NCBI GenBank assembly: GCA_964014945.1
Contig: CAXHCC010000001.1
Location: forward strand, 1-40,400
From: an uncultured bacterium
GTDB taxonomy: Bacteria; Bacteroidota; Bacteroidia; 2-12-FULL-35-15
Direction of reading: 5' to 3'
DNA: 40,400 nucleotides
The notes under the pieces: generated by a model
The model's input: only the letters and a program-made list of their open reading frames with translations
Told to the model about the DNA's origin: nothing
The model's database searches: none
Program-made: the position numbers and the translations under genes
Shown here: positions 16,103 through 25,872 of the stretch, piece after piece
Layout of the letters: the number at the start of each line of letters is the position of its first letter
Position numbering within the stretch: position 1 is the stretch's first letter

Positions 16103-16690
16103 ATGAACAGCAAACTAAAAAAAACACTTTTCATTTTTACTGCCAGCATGCTTGCATGGGGCCTATTAACCCTTTGGGTGGAATATGCGGGCGGCGAAAA
16201 ATCCAATGCTATTGGCAACAAAACGGCAGCCCACACCGCCATCATAATTTACAACCCCGACCCTATTTATAATTTCGACGAACAAGTATGTAAACAATTT
16301 GCAAAGGGTTTAAGTAAACATAACTTTTATGCAAAAGTAGCCACGGTTGAGTCGGCTAAAAAAGATACGGCCCAATACCATTTGTATGTGTTTTGTGCCA
16401 ACACCTATAACTGGGCACCCGATTGGTTAGTAAAAGAACACATTGAAACGCATGCGCATTTAAGCCACAAAAACACCGTTGCCATAACCTTAGGTGCTGG
16501 CAGTACCGAACAGGCACAACGTATTTTAGAGGCTACCATAAACGATAAAAAAGCCAAGTTGTTGGGCTCTAAAACCTATTGGTTATTACGACCCAATGAT
16601 GAAAGTAGATTGGATGAAAACAACGTAGACGTTGCCTTAGAAATGGCGGAACAATTTGGAGGTGATATAGGAAAAGGTATAAAAAAGTAA
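16103..16690 (+). CDS. Membrane-anchored flavodoxin-like fold protein
   Basis: An N-terminal TM segment, then AIIIYNP...YHLYVFCANTYNWAPDW...VAITLGAGS, which resembles a flavodoxin-like domain. The assignment is weak. Confidence 0.4.
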   Translation: MNSKLKKTLFIFTASMLAWGLLTLWVEYAGGEKSNAIGNKTAAHTAIIIYNPDPIYNFDEQVCKQFAKGLSKHNFYAKVATVESAKKDTAQYHLYVFCANTYNWAPDWLVKEHIETHAHLSHKNTVAITLGAGSTEQAQRILEATINDKKAKLLGSKTYWLLRPNDESRLDENNVDVALEMAEQFGGDIGKGIKK

Positions 16691-16704
16691 ATTACAACAT
16701 ATAC

Positions 16705-17043
16705 ATGGCTGAACTAACCATAAAAGAATCGCAAGCAATAGTAGACAACTGGATAAAAACGGTGGGTGTTCGTTATTTTTCTGAACTAACCAACCTAGGG
16801 CAACTCATAGAAGAGGTGGGCGAAGTGGCACGCATAATTACCAGAACCTATGGCGATCAAAGTTTTAAGAAATCGGATGAAGATAAAGACCTGAGTGAAG
16901 AGTTGGCAGATGTGCTGTTTGTGTTGATTTGTATTGCCAATCAAACGGGTGTTGACTTAACTCAAGCGCTTCAAAAAAACATTGAAAAGAAAACCATGCG
17001 GGATGCAACAAGGCATCAAAACAACCCTAAACTGAAACAGTAG
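16705..17043 (+). CDS. MazG-like nucleotide pyrophosphohydrolase domain protein
   Basis: LIEEVGEVARII...SEELADVLFVLICIANQTGVDL is the EExxE...ExxD helical MazG signature. Confidence 0.75.
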   Translation: MAELTIKESQAIVDNWIKTVGVRYFSELTNLGQLIEEVGEVARIITRTYGDQSFKKSDEDKDLSEELADVLFVLICIANQTGVDLTQALQKNIEKKTMRDATRHQNNPKLKQ

Positions 17044-17061
17044 GTATTCATCATTACCTAC
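17040..17061 (+). terminator. Possible terminator hairpin after the MazG-like gene
   Basis: gtaggta-ttcatcat-tacctac overlaps the stop codon. The downstream T-tract is weak. Confidence 0.3.
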
Positions 17062-17102
17062 AGCTAGTTTACTATAAAACATATTTAGCTTACCTTTGCA
17101 CC

Positions 17103-17504
17103 GTGAAAACGCTAGCTAAACAAATAACCGCGTTATTTTTCTTGCTTTGCCTATTGGCAAGCATGGTGCCGTTTAACCTCTTGCATCATCATCATGAAGA
17201 GGAAGCGCACTGTGAACACAACAGCGCCGAAGTAGAAAGCAACCCTTGTCATGTACGCATCTACCACGCCACCCTAAGTGCGGATGTATGTGATCATAAA
17301 GCCCACGTAAGTGATAATTTAGAGAATTGTGAGCTGTGTAAATTTATAAGTACGCAACGTCAACAATACACCGCCAACAAACAACTTATTGTTAAAGCGC
17401 AGCTTGCGCAAAGGGCACAAAAAGCCCTACTACTTTACAAGAACAACCTACTTGTATGGGATTGTTCCGAGTCCTTAAACGGAAGGGCGCCTCCTACTTG
17501 TTAA
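17103..17504 (+). CDS. Small His/Cys-rich protein with an N-terminal signal/anchor (putative metal-binding)
   Basis: LLHHHHEEEAHCEH and several Cys/His pairs (NPCHV, VCDHKAH, NCELC). It lies directly upstream of a TonB-dependent receptor. TACCTTTG (17091-17098) is only 4 nt before the GTG, so either the start or the promoter call is uncertain. Confidence 0.5.
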   Translation: MKTLAKQITALFFLLCLLASMVPFNLLHHHHEEEAHCEHNSAEVESNPCHVRIYHATLSADVCDHKAHVSDNLENCELCKFISTQRQQYTANKQLIVKAQLAQRAQKALLLYKNNLLVWDCSESLNGRAPPTC

Positions 17505-17650
17505 GCCCCAACCAACTATTTCCTGTTCAAATTTTTGTTTAACAGGTTAGCATGCCTTGGCTTAAATTTTAAGCCAACACCTGAAGCTAATTTTATTGGC
17601 GCAGCAGCATGCAATGTTCAGTAATTAATTGTTAAAAAACGTGTGCGCAA

Positions 17651-19999
17651 ATGCACCAATTGTATAAACTTGTACTGTTAACTGTACTTGGCATAACCAT
17701 GGCACAGCCATTGTTTGCACAAGATACCTGCACCTACACGTTATCGGGTAGGGTGGTTGACGAGCACGATGGACAGCCATTGCTGTTTGCTGATGTGCAA
17801 CTATTGGGTACAGAAATTGGCGCGGTTACCGACACCGCTGGTTACTACCAAATTAAAGGTTTGTGCAAAGGCACCTATACAGTGCGTTGCATGTATGTAG
17901 GTTGTGAACCAGTTGCTGCAACGCTTGTAGTAAAGGGTGATACCCAACTAAACCTTTACCCCGAATTGCATGCCGACTTGCTTGCAGGGGTAACCATTGT
18001 GGGTAAAAAGCAACAGGTAACGGTAACACAAAGCACACAAACCTTAACAAAAAAAGAACTGAACCAAAGCAAAGGCGAATCATTAGGTAATAGCTTAAGC
18101 AAGGTAACAGGTGTAACAACATTGGCTACTGGTAACAATATTGCCAAGCCGGTAATTCATGGCTTGCACAGTAACCGTATACTTATTCTTAATAACGGCG
18201 TACGGCAAGAAGGGCAACAATGGGGCAACGAACATGCACCAGAAATTGACCCTTTTATTGCCGATGAACTTACCGTAATTAAGGGCGCTAACAGTGTGCG
18301 GTTTGGTCCGGATGCAATTGCCGGTGTAATATTGGTAAACCCAAAACCCTTGCCTAAAAAGCCAGGTATTGGTGGTGAGCTAAACTTAGTAGGTTTTAGC
18401 AACGGCAGGCAGTATGTTGCTTCGTCTATGATAGAAGGTAACAGTGCCAAATTGCCGCCTTTAAGTTGGCGTTTGCAAGGCACCTATAAGCAAGGTGGAA
18501 ATGTACATGCACCCAACTATTTTTTAAAAAATACAGGCGTGCAAGAATACAATTTCTCATGGGCGGCAGCTTACACAAAAGCCAAGTTTGGTGTAGAAAC
18601 ATTTTATAGTCAGTTTAACACAGACATAGGTGTTTTTTCAGCTGCGCATATTGGTAATTTAACCGATTTGCAAAGAGCCTTTGAAGCAGATGAGCCGCTT
18701 GAGTCAGCCGACTTTACCTATGCCATTAATCGGCCTTGGCAGCAAATACAACATGAGCTGTTTAAAGCAACCGCGTATTGGTATATAGGTGAAGCGGGTA
18801 AGCTTAATTTTTCTTACGCTAGGCAATACAACAAGCGCTTGGAGTATGATAAAGATGAAGCGCTAAATGATTCTATAGCCGCTCTTAATTTGCCTGCATT
18901 GCAATTTGAAATTACAACGCATACCAGCGACCTTTATTGGGAGCATAAACGCGTGCTTAATTTAAAAGGAAGTGTAGGTGTAAGCGGCATTCATCAAGGC
19001 AACACGTTTGCAGGTCGTATGTTTATTCCAAACTTTCGCAAATACGGCAGCGGTGCTTATTGGATAGAACATTGGAAACCTACCGGTAACAAACTAGAAT
19101 TGGAAACGGGTATACGTTTTGATTACATATTTCAAGAAATATTTTTGTGGCAAAACAATGTTATTTATTCACCGGAATATAGTTACACAAATGTTTCAGG
19201 AAGTGTAGGAGGCTTATACACCTTTAACGATAAGTTTTTGTTACGTGCCAATGCAGGTACTGCATGGCGACCACCCAATGTAAACGAACTTTATAGTGAC
19301 GGTGTGCATCATGGTGCAGCGGCAGTAGAAATTGGCGATACTTCTTTGGTTACAGAGCAAGCCTATAACCTAACTGCATCGGCGGAATACAAAGGAAAAA
19401 AGCTAAAGGTAAATGCAGATGTTTATTACAATTACATCAATAATTTTATTTACCTAAAGCCTACTTTGCCACCAACGCTAACCATAAGAGGTGCCTTTCC
19501 AACCTTTAATTACAGTCAGGTTAATGCCACCTTACAAGGGTTTGATTTTACCGTTAATTATGCCTTGCCGTTTAATTTTAATGTAACATCAAAGGCTTCT
19601 ATTTTGCGTGCATACAATACAAGCACAAATGAATATTTGGTGCAAATGCCTGCCGACCGTTTTACGCATACCTTGGAATATAAATTACCCAAGCGTAAAA
19701 AAATAAGCGATGCTTACATAGCCATTAGCGTTTTGCAAGTAATGAAACAATGGCGTGTGGAAAGCAATAGTGATTTTGTAGCGCCACCAAACGGGTATGT
19801 AACAGTTGGTTTGCAAGCAGGATTAACAGTGCCGTTGGGGCAACAAAAAATGAATATTGGCATGGGAGTAAATAATTTATTCAATGCTGTGTATAGAGAT
19901 TACCTGAACCGATTTAGGTATTACGCAGATGAAATGGGCACCAATGTAAGCCTAAAAATAAATGTACCCTTTGACATTTTACAAGCAAAAAATAATTAA
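17651..19999 (+). CDS. TonB-dependent receptor with an N-terminal carboxypeptidase-regulatory-like domain
   Basis: Signal peptide. GRVVDEHDGQPLLFADVQLLGTEIGAVTDTAGYYQIKGL (CarboxypepD_reg). Plug domain (GVTTLATGNNIAKPVIHGL...ILNNGVRQEG). A long beta-barrel ending in the aromatic-rich ...NVSLKINVPF. Confidence 0.85.
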   Translation: MHQLYKLVLLTVLGITMAQPLFAQDTCTYTLSGRVVDEHDGQPLLFADVQLLGTEIGAVTDTAGYYQIKGLCKGTYTVRCMYVGCEPVAATLVVKGDTQLNLYPELHADLLAGVTIVGKKQQVTVTQSTQTLTKKELNQSKGESLGNSLSKVTGVTTLATGNNIAKPVIHGLHSNRILILNNGVRQEGQQWGNEHAPEIDPFIADELTVIKGANSVRFGPDAIAGVILVNPKPLPKKPGIGGELNLVGFSNGRQYVASSMIEGNSAKLPPLSWRLQGTYKQGGNVHAPNYFLKNTGVQEYNFSWAAAYTKAKFGVETFYSQFNTDIGVFSAAHIGNLTDLQRAFEADEPLESADFTYAINRPWQQIQHELFKATAYWYIGEAGKLNFSYARQYNKRLEYDKDEALNDSIAALNLPALQFEITTHTSDLYWEHKRVLNLKGSVGVSGIHQGNTFAGRMFIPNFRKYGSGAYWIEHWKPTGNKLELETGIRFDYIFQEIFLWQNNVIYSPEYSYTNVSGSVGGLYTFNDKFLLRANAGTAWRPPNVNELYSDGVHHGAAAVEIGDTSLVTEQAYNLTASAEYKGKKLKVNADVYYNYINNFIYLKPTLPPTLTIRGAFPTFNYSQVNATLQGFDFTVNYALPFNFNVTSKASILRAYNTSTNEYLVQMPADRFTHTLEYKLPKRKKISDAYIAISVLQVMKQWRVESNSDFVAPPNGYVTVGLQAGLTVPLGQQKMNIGMGVNNLFNAVYRDYLNRFRYYADEMGTNVSLKINVPFDILQAKNN

Positions 20000-20021
20000 A
20001 TAATCGATTAATAATAATACA

Positions 20022-20591
20022 ATGAAAACAATTAAAAAACATTTAAAAACAAGTTTATACATCGCATTTTTAGCAACGGCAATTACGGCCTGTAAAAAAG
20101 ACGATGACCCGGTAGCAACACCGCAAACAGCAACACATGAAGAAGAAGTAATTACAACGCTTACCTTAACGTTTACAGATTCTGCCAATGTACAACCTAC
20201 GGTAACGGCTACTTTTCGTGACCCTGATGGTGATGGTGGTAATGGGCCAGACAAGCACGATACCATTAAATTAGCCAATGGTACAACGTATAATGTGGCT
20301 ATTACATTGTTGAACGAATCGGAAACGCCAGCAGAAGATATGACGGCCGAAATAAAGGATGAGGATGATGAACACTTGGTTTGTATGACGGTTACAGGTG
20401 CTAACGTGAGTATTGTTAAAACGGATACGGACGGAACCCTTCCTGTTGGTTTAGAAAGTAAATGGACAACAGGAGCTGCAAGCAACGGAACGGTTCAGGT
20501 AACATTAAAACATCAGCCAGGTGTTAAAGATGGTACTTGTGCGCCAGGTGATACGGACATAGATGTAACCTACGTAACACAAATAAACTAA
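20022..20591 (+). CDS. Acidic lipoprotein co-located with the TonB-dependent receptor
   Basis: Lipobox LATAITAC. Asp/Glu-rich (DPDGDGGNGPD, EIKDEDDEH). It starts 22 nt after the receptor gene. Confidence 0.6.
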   Translation: MKTIKKHLKTSLYIAFLATAITACKKDDDPVATPQTATHEEEVITTLTLTFTDSANVQPTVTATFRDPDGDGGNGPDKHDTIKLANGTTYNVAITLLNESETPAEDMTAEIKDEDDEHLVCMTVTGANVSIVKTDTDGTLPVGLESKWTTGAASNGTVQVTLKHQPGVKDGTCAPGDTDIDVTYVTQIN

Positions 20592-20656
20592 TACATGGGG
20601 GCCTTCCAATAAACTTAGCACTGCGTTTTATTCTTGAACTTTATGCCCTATATGCT

Positions 20657-20962
20657 GTGGGGTTGTGGGGTTGGAAAAACCACGAAGGCTGGTTAAAGTA
20701 TGCTATAGCTATTGGAGGGCCCCTTTTATTAATGGCCATTTGGGGCACCTTTGCCGTACCCAACGATCCCAGCAGATCGGGCAATGCGCCCATCATTACA
20801 CCGGGCATTATTAGGCTACTAATTGAACTCGCCTTTTTTGCATTGGCCACTTGGGCATTACATGCAAGCGCCTACCCAAAACAAGCCATCATCTTTGGCG
20901 GTATTGTTTTACTACACTACCTTATTTCTTACGATAGGATTTTGTGGTTGCTATCGCATTAG
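20657..20962 (+). CDS. DUF2568/YrdB-like small membrane protein (the start is probably upstream of the tracked GTG)
   Basis: WGW...YAIAIGGPLLLMAIWGTFAVP...RLLIELAFFALATWAL. The same frame is open from 20612 and reads NLALRFILELYALYAVGLWGW, which looks like the family N-terminus. It contains no ATG/GTG/TTG, only CTG 20621 and ATT 20630. Confidence 0.6.
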   Translation: MGLWGWKNHEGWLKYAIAIGGPLLLMAIWGTFAVPNDPSRSGNAPIITPGIIRLLIELAFFALATWALHASAYPKQAIIFGGIVLLHYLISYDRILWLLSH

Positions 20963-21010
20963 CAGTAATCAACTTTTGGGGCCTTGTTTTCTTTCCCATA
21001 ACTTAGCTGT

Positions 21011-21766
21011 ATGTGCTACGATATAAAAGCCAGTTTAGAAACACAATTAAAGCGTGCTAAACGCAACAACGATGAGGTGGCCATTACTGAAATTATTGAA
21101 AAACTGGGGCCACAAACACAGTTACCCTTGTTTCATGCTTCGGGTTATAGTCACCCTAAATTATTTGTATACACCAACGCGCAAGCAGCATTACCTATTG
21201 TAGCTGCCTGGGGCTTAATACCGCACTGGAGCAAGGATATAGAGCAGGCCAAAAAGTTTTGGAACAACACCTTAAATGCACGCGGGGAAACCATTTATGA
21301 AAAGCCTTCTTTTCGCAGTTCAGCAAAAAGCAAACGTTGCATTATTTATGTAGATGGTTTTTTTGAGCACCATTATTTTAACAAAAAAACCTTCCCTTAT
21401 TTTATTCATAAAAAAGAAAAAGAAGCAATTATTTTAGCTGGTTTATACGATGAATGGGTGGATAAAAATACCGGAGAAATAGTAAACACGTTTACCATTG
21501 TTACAACAAAGGGCAATGCCTTGTTAAGTAAAATACATAACAACCCTAAACTAAAAGAACCCCGCATGCCTGTGTTGTTGAATGAAGAAGAGGCCACAAT
21601 TTGGCTAAATGAAAAGAGCAGTAAAAATGAAATTGAGAGCTTAATTAAACCATATGCTACCGATGATTTAGAAGCCTATACCGTGCATGCCTTAAGAGGA
21701 AAAAACGCGTTAGGAAATGTACCTGACGCAAGTAAACCTGAAGTGTACAAAGAACTTGCTGCTTAA
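21011..21766 (+). CDS. SOS response-associated peptidase (SRAP/YedK family)
   Basis: It starts with MC (catalytic Cys2). The size and motifs (NARGETI, P..RCII..DGFFEH, TIVTT.N) fit SRAP. Confidence 0.8.
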   Translation: MCYDIKASLETQLKRAKRNNDEVAITEIIEKLGPQTQLPLFHASGYSHPKLFVYTNAQAALPIVAAWGLIPHWSKDIEQAKKFWNNTLNARGETIYEKPSFRSSAKSKRCIIYVDGFFEHHYFNKKTFPYFIHKKEKEAIILAGLYDEWVDKNTGEIVNTFTIVTTKGNALLSKIHNNPKLKEPRMPVLLNEEEATIWLNEKSSKNEIESLIKPYATDDLEAYTVHALRGKNALGNVPDASKPEVYKELAA

Positions 21767-22050
21767 AAAATATACACGTAAATAGTTCGGCTATCATCTA
21801 ACTCCCAGCCTTCATCCGATCCCATTTTTTCGGGTATGTTGGCTGGAAATTCTTCTATAAAAAACTGCTTTACTTCTTGGGCTACAGCTAATGAATCCGC
21901 TTCCCAAAAACGAAACCAAAGGGGCGTTTCTTTTTGTGTTTTACGTGCCGCAATATTGGAGGTAATGCCAATCGTCCAATCAGCGTACATCAGTTTTGAA
22001 CTGATTACACTACTCTTAATTGCAGCTTTAATTATTGTTGCATCTGCCAT
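21763..22050 (-). CDS. Hypothetical protein (95 aa)
   Basis: ORF only. It is convergent with the SRAP gene, and the two stop codons overlap within TTAA (21763-21766). Confidence 0.4.
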   Translation of the reverse strand: MADATIIKAAIKSSVISSKLMYADWTIGITSNIAARKTQKETPLWFRFWEADSLAVAQEVKQFFIEEFPANIPEKMGSDEGWELDDSRTIYVYIF

Positions 22051-22180
22051 GTTGGTTTAGAAGTTTTGCACGAATGTAAACCAAATAAACACAAGCATCA
22101 CCTAAGAAAACCCTTATTTTTAGGGTGTTTCTAGGACTTATCTTAGTTTTATAGGTGGATGCAAATCATAGCAACAAAAA

Positions 22181-22207
22181 AACGGAAGCAAAAAAATTGC
22201 TTCCGTT
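22181..22207 (-). terminator. Rho-independent terminator of sodA
   Basis: Perfect 10-bp stem aacggaagca / tgcttccgtt with a 7-nt loop. On the minus strand it is followed by TTTTTGTT. Confidence 0.8.
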
Positions 22208-22229
22208 TTCAATAAAATGTAAATCGTAC

Positions 22230-22832
22230 TTATGCTGCAGCAAATCTTTTTGCTACTTCATCCCAATTAACAACATCCCAAAAAGCAGAGATGTAATCTG
22301 GACGACGATTTTGGTAGTTTAAATAGTAAGCATGCTCCCACACATCTAAACCTAAAATTGGGGTTCCTTTATCATCAGCAATATCCATTAAAGGATTGTC
22401 TTGATTTGGAGTAGAGGTGATAGCTAATTTGCCATCTTGCACAATTAACCATGCCCACCCTGAACCAAAACGAGTAGCTCCAGCAGCAGCAAATTGTGTT
22501 TTCATTTCGTCAAACGATCCGAAAGCAGCATCAATAGCCGCAGCTAAATCGCCTGTTGGTGCGCCTCCAGCATTTGGAGCCATAACAGTCCAAAACAAAG
22601 AGTGGTTAAAATGTCCGCCACCATTGTTACGAACAGCACCTGAGTACTTAGATATGTTTTTACAAATATCTTCTATACTTAAATTTTCTGCATCGCTACC
22701 AGCAATTGCATCGTTTAGTTTTGATACGTAAGCAGCATGATGTTTTGAGTGGTGTATTTCCATTGTACGTGCATCTATTGTTGATTCAAGTGCATCGTAC
22801 GCATACGGTAAATCTGGTAATTGAAAAGCCAT
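22230..22832 (-). CDS. sodA: Superoxide dismutase, Mn-type
   Basis: [33 protein letters not shown] and [18 protein letters not shown]. The GGGH.NHSLFW and QD motifs favour the Mn class. Confidence 0.9.
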   Translation of the reverse strand: MAFQLPDLPYAYDALESTIDARTMEIHHSKHHAAYVSKLNDAIAGSDAENLSIEDICKNISKYSGAVRNNGGGHFNHSLFWTVMAPNAGGAPTGDLAAAIDAAFGSFDEMKTQFAAAGATRFGSGWAWLIVQDGKLAITSTPNQDNPLMDIADDKGTPILGLDVWEHAYYLNYQNRRPDYISAFWDVVNWDEVAKRFAAA

Positions 22833-22876
22833 AATATTAATGTATTTTGTGGTTAATGATTATTAATTTAGCTGTG

Positions 22877-22884
22877 CAAAGGTA
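22877..22884 (-). promoter_or_regulatory. Candidate -7 box TACCTTTG for sodA
   Basis: TAnnTTTG match on the minus strand, about 45 nt upstream of the sodA ATG. Confidence 0.45.
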
Positions 22885-23203
22885 GGTATTTGCTTTTGCT
22901 TATTAAAGTTAAATAAACTTAAATAATTTATGCGCTTTGTTGGTGTTGCTTTTTGCGGACTTTGTATTATTAGCTTTTCTGCTTGTTGGCCCAATGCCGA
23001 AGAACAGCAAAAGTTAGACGCAGCAAAAAAGGCAAAGTACGACTCATTATTTGGGGTGTTTCCTAAAACCGACACAACAGCGACAAGCATACCTTAAAGG
23101 CCAAAGGGGTTTAACCTAAAAAAAATCCCTTTCATCGAAAATTTCTCTCTTCTTAACGATTTGCCTTATAATAGTGTAGTATAGGCCTATATATTTACCC
23201 TAT

Positions 23204-23740
23204 ATGAACGCAAGCATCAACACCACCACCATGAAACACATAACCCTAGTAATCGTTAGCCTTTTGGTTTTTAGCTTTGGAAGCAAAGCCCAAAACTTAA
23301 ACGGAAATAACATTAAAAACATATTTTATAAAGTTAAAACTAGCGAAAGACCCAATGAGCGAATTGTAAGCTACGCGCTTGAATTAAATAATGACTCACT
23401 GGTTATGTTTACTCTGGTGTATGACGTTAAAAATTCCAACGCCGAGGTAAGAGCACACAAGGTTAAGAAAACGTTGCAGTATTTTTTAAAGGATTACAAT
23501 AGCGGAGCTGCTGCTGCAGTAAAATTGAGTGCAAACTATATGGCGGTATACAAGAAATCTAGTGATGTTGAGTATACAATGGTGTCTACAAACAAAAACA
23601 TGAGCTTACGCTTTACAAAAAACGTTAATAAGAAAACATTATCCGATGGCAAAGTAGTACTTGAAGCGCTTAATGAATATAAGGCGGAAAGTAATCAAAG
23701 TGCAAACACTATTTACGGGGCGCAACTCAGCCTTAACTAA
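23204..23740 (+). CDS. Hypothetical secreted protein
   Basis: Signal peptide MKHITLVIVSLLVFSFGSKAQ. The likely true start is ATG 23231. Confidence 0.55.
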   Translation: MNASINTTTMKHITLVIVSLLVFSFGSKAQNLNGNNIKNIFYKVKTSERPNERIVSYALELNNDSLVMFTLVYDVKNSNAEVRAHKVKKTLQYFLKDYNSGAAAAVKLSANYMAVYKKSSDVEYTMVSTNKNMSLRFTKNVNKKTLSDGKVVLEALNEYKAESNQSANTIYGAQLSLN

Positions 23741-23780
23741 ACGCATTTTTAAAACACAATATCAAGCTAGTAAAGCCGCG

Positions 23781-25379
23781 CTACTGTAATTGCAGTAATG
23801 CTGCTTTTAACATTTTATCCTTGCTTTGCATCACGGTATAATAACCGTAAGCGTTCCACATATTACGGGCAATTAACGCTTTTAAATGATGGGCCAACAA
23901 ATCATCGTTACCCGCGGTGTGCACTTTTTCTCTTTCTATGCCTTTGCTACTACAGTAAGTATAAAACTCCTGCAATAAAGCCTCGCTTAAAGTAAATTGT
24001 TCGTTAAACAAATCGGCATTTTTAAATGCTTTTAATGTTTTGCGATGCCTGTTGGTATAAGAAAAAGCAAATTCGTTTAAGTAGCCCATGGCAACCACCT
24101 GGCTTAAGAACAACGACACAGATCCTGTATCAACCGGCACAAACACATCAGGTACAATACCACCTCCACCGTAAACTTTTTTACCCTTTGGTGTGGTAAA
24201 AACGAGTGAGTCAACCACCTTAATACTGTCTGCAGTTTCTAGCTCTCCGGTAACCGATCGGTTATAGGCCTCATTGTAATAATCTTCCGCACCGTTTTCA
24301 TAGGTACGTTGTATACACCTACCCGTTGGGGTATAGTAACGTGCTTTGGTTAACCTTAATGCCGAGCCATCTTCAAACTGACTTTGCTCTTGTACCAAGC
24401 CCTTACCAAATGAGCGCCTGCCAATTATGGTTCCCCTATCATTGTCTTGAACGGCACCCGCCATAATTTCACTTGCAGAAGCCGAGTTGCCATCAATTAA
24501 AATAACCAGTGGTTGGGTTTTAAAACGACCTTTTTTAGTAGCAACATAGTCTTCTCGTGGACTTGATTTGCCTTCCGTATAAGCAATTTGCATACCTTCT
24601 TCTAATAGCTCATCGCACAACTTATTTGCCGCCGTTAACAAACCGCCTCCGTTACCACGCAAATCCAATACCAAAGCTTTCATGCCTTTTTTGTTTAATT
24701 TTTTGAGCGCATCCACAAATTCATCATGCGATGTTCTTGCAAAACGAGCTAGCTTAATATAGCCTATGCTATCGTTTAACATTTTAGATAAATCAATGCT
24801 ATGAATTGGTATTTCACCACGGGTAATTGTAAACGGAATTAATTTTTTTTGACCTGTTCTTTTAACCGTAATTTTCACCTTGCTTCCTGCTTCTCCCTTT
24901 AAGGTAGTGGTTACATCTCTGTTAGTTGCACCAACACCTGCCAAGTTTTTACCTGCTGCTTTTATAATTTTATCACCTGCCAACACACCCATTTTTTCAG
25001 CAGGCCCACCACCAATCACCGCAATTACACAAAGCGTATCATCTATAATGCTAAACTGTATTCCCACCCCACTAAATTTTCCTTCTAAGGGATCTAAAGC
25101 ATCTTGCAATTCGGCAGCAGAAATATAACTCGAATGAGGATCTAAATTTTGTAGCGTTTGAGCGATTATTTTGTCGGATAGGGCATTCATATCCACACTA
25201 TCTACATACTGCTCTTGTATGTAATGCATGAGGCCCTCAACCTTACTATAAGGGTTAGTAGCGTCCATGGTTACCACACCTGGTTGGTTGGTTCTAAACG
25301 TGCTACCAATATAAATGCCCGCCATTAACAGCAAAGCAAAAACAATGGGCAGGTATATATAAAACTTGGGCCTATTCAT
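23781..25379 (-). CDS. S41-family carboxy-terminal processing peptidase with a PDZ domain
   Basis: An N-terminal TM anchor. PDZ (GGGPAEKMGVLAGDKIIKA). Catalytic region LDLRGNGGG...NSASASEI...GKGLVQ. Confidence 0.85.
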   Translation of the reverse strand: MNRPKFYIYLPIVFALLLMAGIYIGSTFRTNQPGVVTMDATNPYSKVEGLMHYIQEQYVDSVDMNALSDKIIAQTLQNLDPHSSYISAAELQDALDPLEGKFSGVGIQFSIIDDTLCVIAVIGGGPAEKMGVLAGDKIIKAAGKNLAGVGATNRDVTTTLKGEAGSKVKITVKRTGQKKLIPFTITRGEIPIHSIDLSKMLNDSIGYIKLARFARTSHDEFVDALKKLNKKGMKALVLDLRGNGGGLLTAANKLCDELLEEGMQIAYTEGKSSPREDYVATKKGRFKTQPLVILIDGNSASASEIMAGAVQDNDRGTIIGRRSFGKGLVQEQSQFEDGSALRLTKARYYTPTGRCIQRTYENGAEDYYNEAYNRSVTGELETADSIKVVDSLVFTTPKGKKVYGGGGIVPDVFVPVDTGSVSLFLSQVVAMGYLNEFAFSYTNRHRKTLKAFKNADLFNEQFTLSEALLQEFYTYCSSKGIEREKVHTAGNDDLLAHHLKALIARNMWNAYGYYTVMQSKDKMLKAALLQLQ

Positions 25380-25408
25380 GATAACAAATGAAACTTACGA
25401 AAGGGGCA

Positions 25409-25867
25409 CTATGACTTAACATAACGAACCGCTTCTACCCCAAATTTATTTAAAAAGTCAACCCCTTCATCGCAAGGAATACCCTTATACGCTGCATAGG
25501 AATTTAAGTAGAACACTTTTTTTATGCCCATGGTAAATATTACACGGGCACAGGCAATACACGGTGATAGGGTTACATACAGTGTGGCCCCTTCTAAAGA
25601 AATGTTGTTTTTACAAGCATATAAAATAGCATTTTGTTCAGCGTGCAAGGCTAATGAACAACTGCCTTTACTATCGCGCGGGCAACCCTCTTCTGGCCAT
25701 TCATGATCGCAATTGTGCGTGCCCGCAGGGGGGCCATTATATCCCAAGGAAATGATGCGTGTATCTTTGGTAAGCACCGCTCCCACCTGCGCTTTTACAC
25801 AGTGCGATCGGTCGGCCAAATTAACGGCCAAATCCATGTAAATATCATCAAAGCTTGGTTTACTCAT
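25409..25867 (-). CDS. Deoxycytidylate (dCMP) deaminase
   Basis: HAEQNAI and PCIACARVI form the zinc-binding CDA motifs. The size is typical at 152 aa. Confidence 0.85.
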   Translation of the reverse strand: MSKPSFDDIYMDLAVNLADRSHCVKAQVGAVLTKDTRIISLGYNGPPAGTHNCDHEWPEEGCPRDSKGSCSLALHAEQNAILYACKNNISLEGATLYVTLSPCIACARVIFTMGIKKVFYLNSYAAYKGIPCDEGVDFLNKFGVEAVRYVKS

Positions 25868-25872
25868 AACAA

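Noticed and set aside
19979-20485. A 168-aa minus-strand ORF
   Set aside because: It is antisense to the lipoprotein gene 20022-20591, which has a lipobox and sits in an operon position after the TonB-dependent receptor. The ORF also overlaps the 3' end of the receptor gene.
22863-23090. A 75-aa minus-strand ORF upstream of sodA
   Set aside because: Its 3' end covers the candidate sodA -7 box at 22877-22884 and ends 30 nt before the sodA ATG, so it lies in the sodA promoter region. No motifs were found, and it is probably non-coding.
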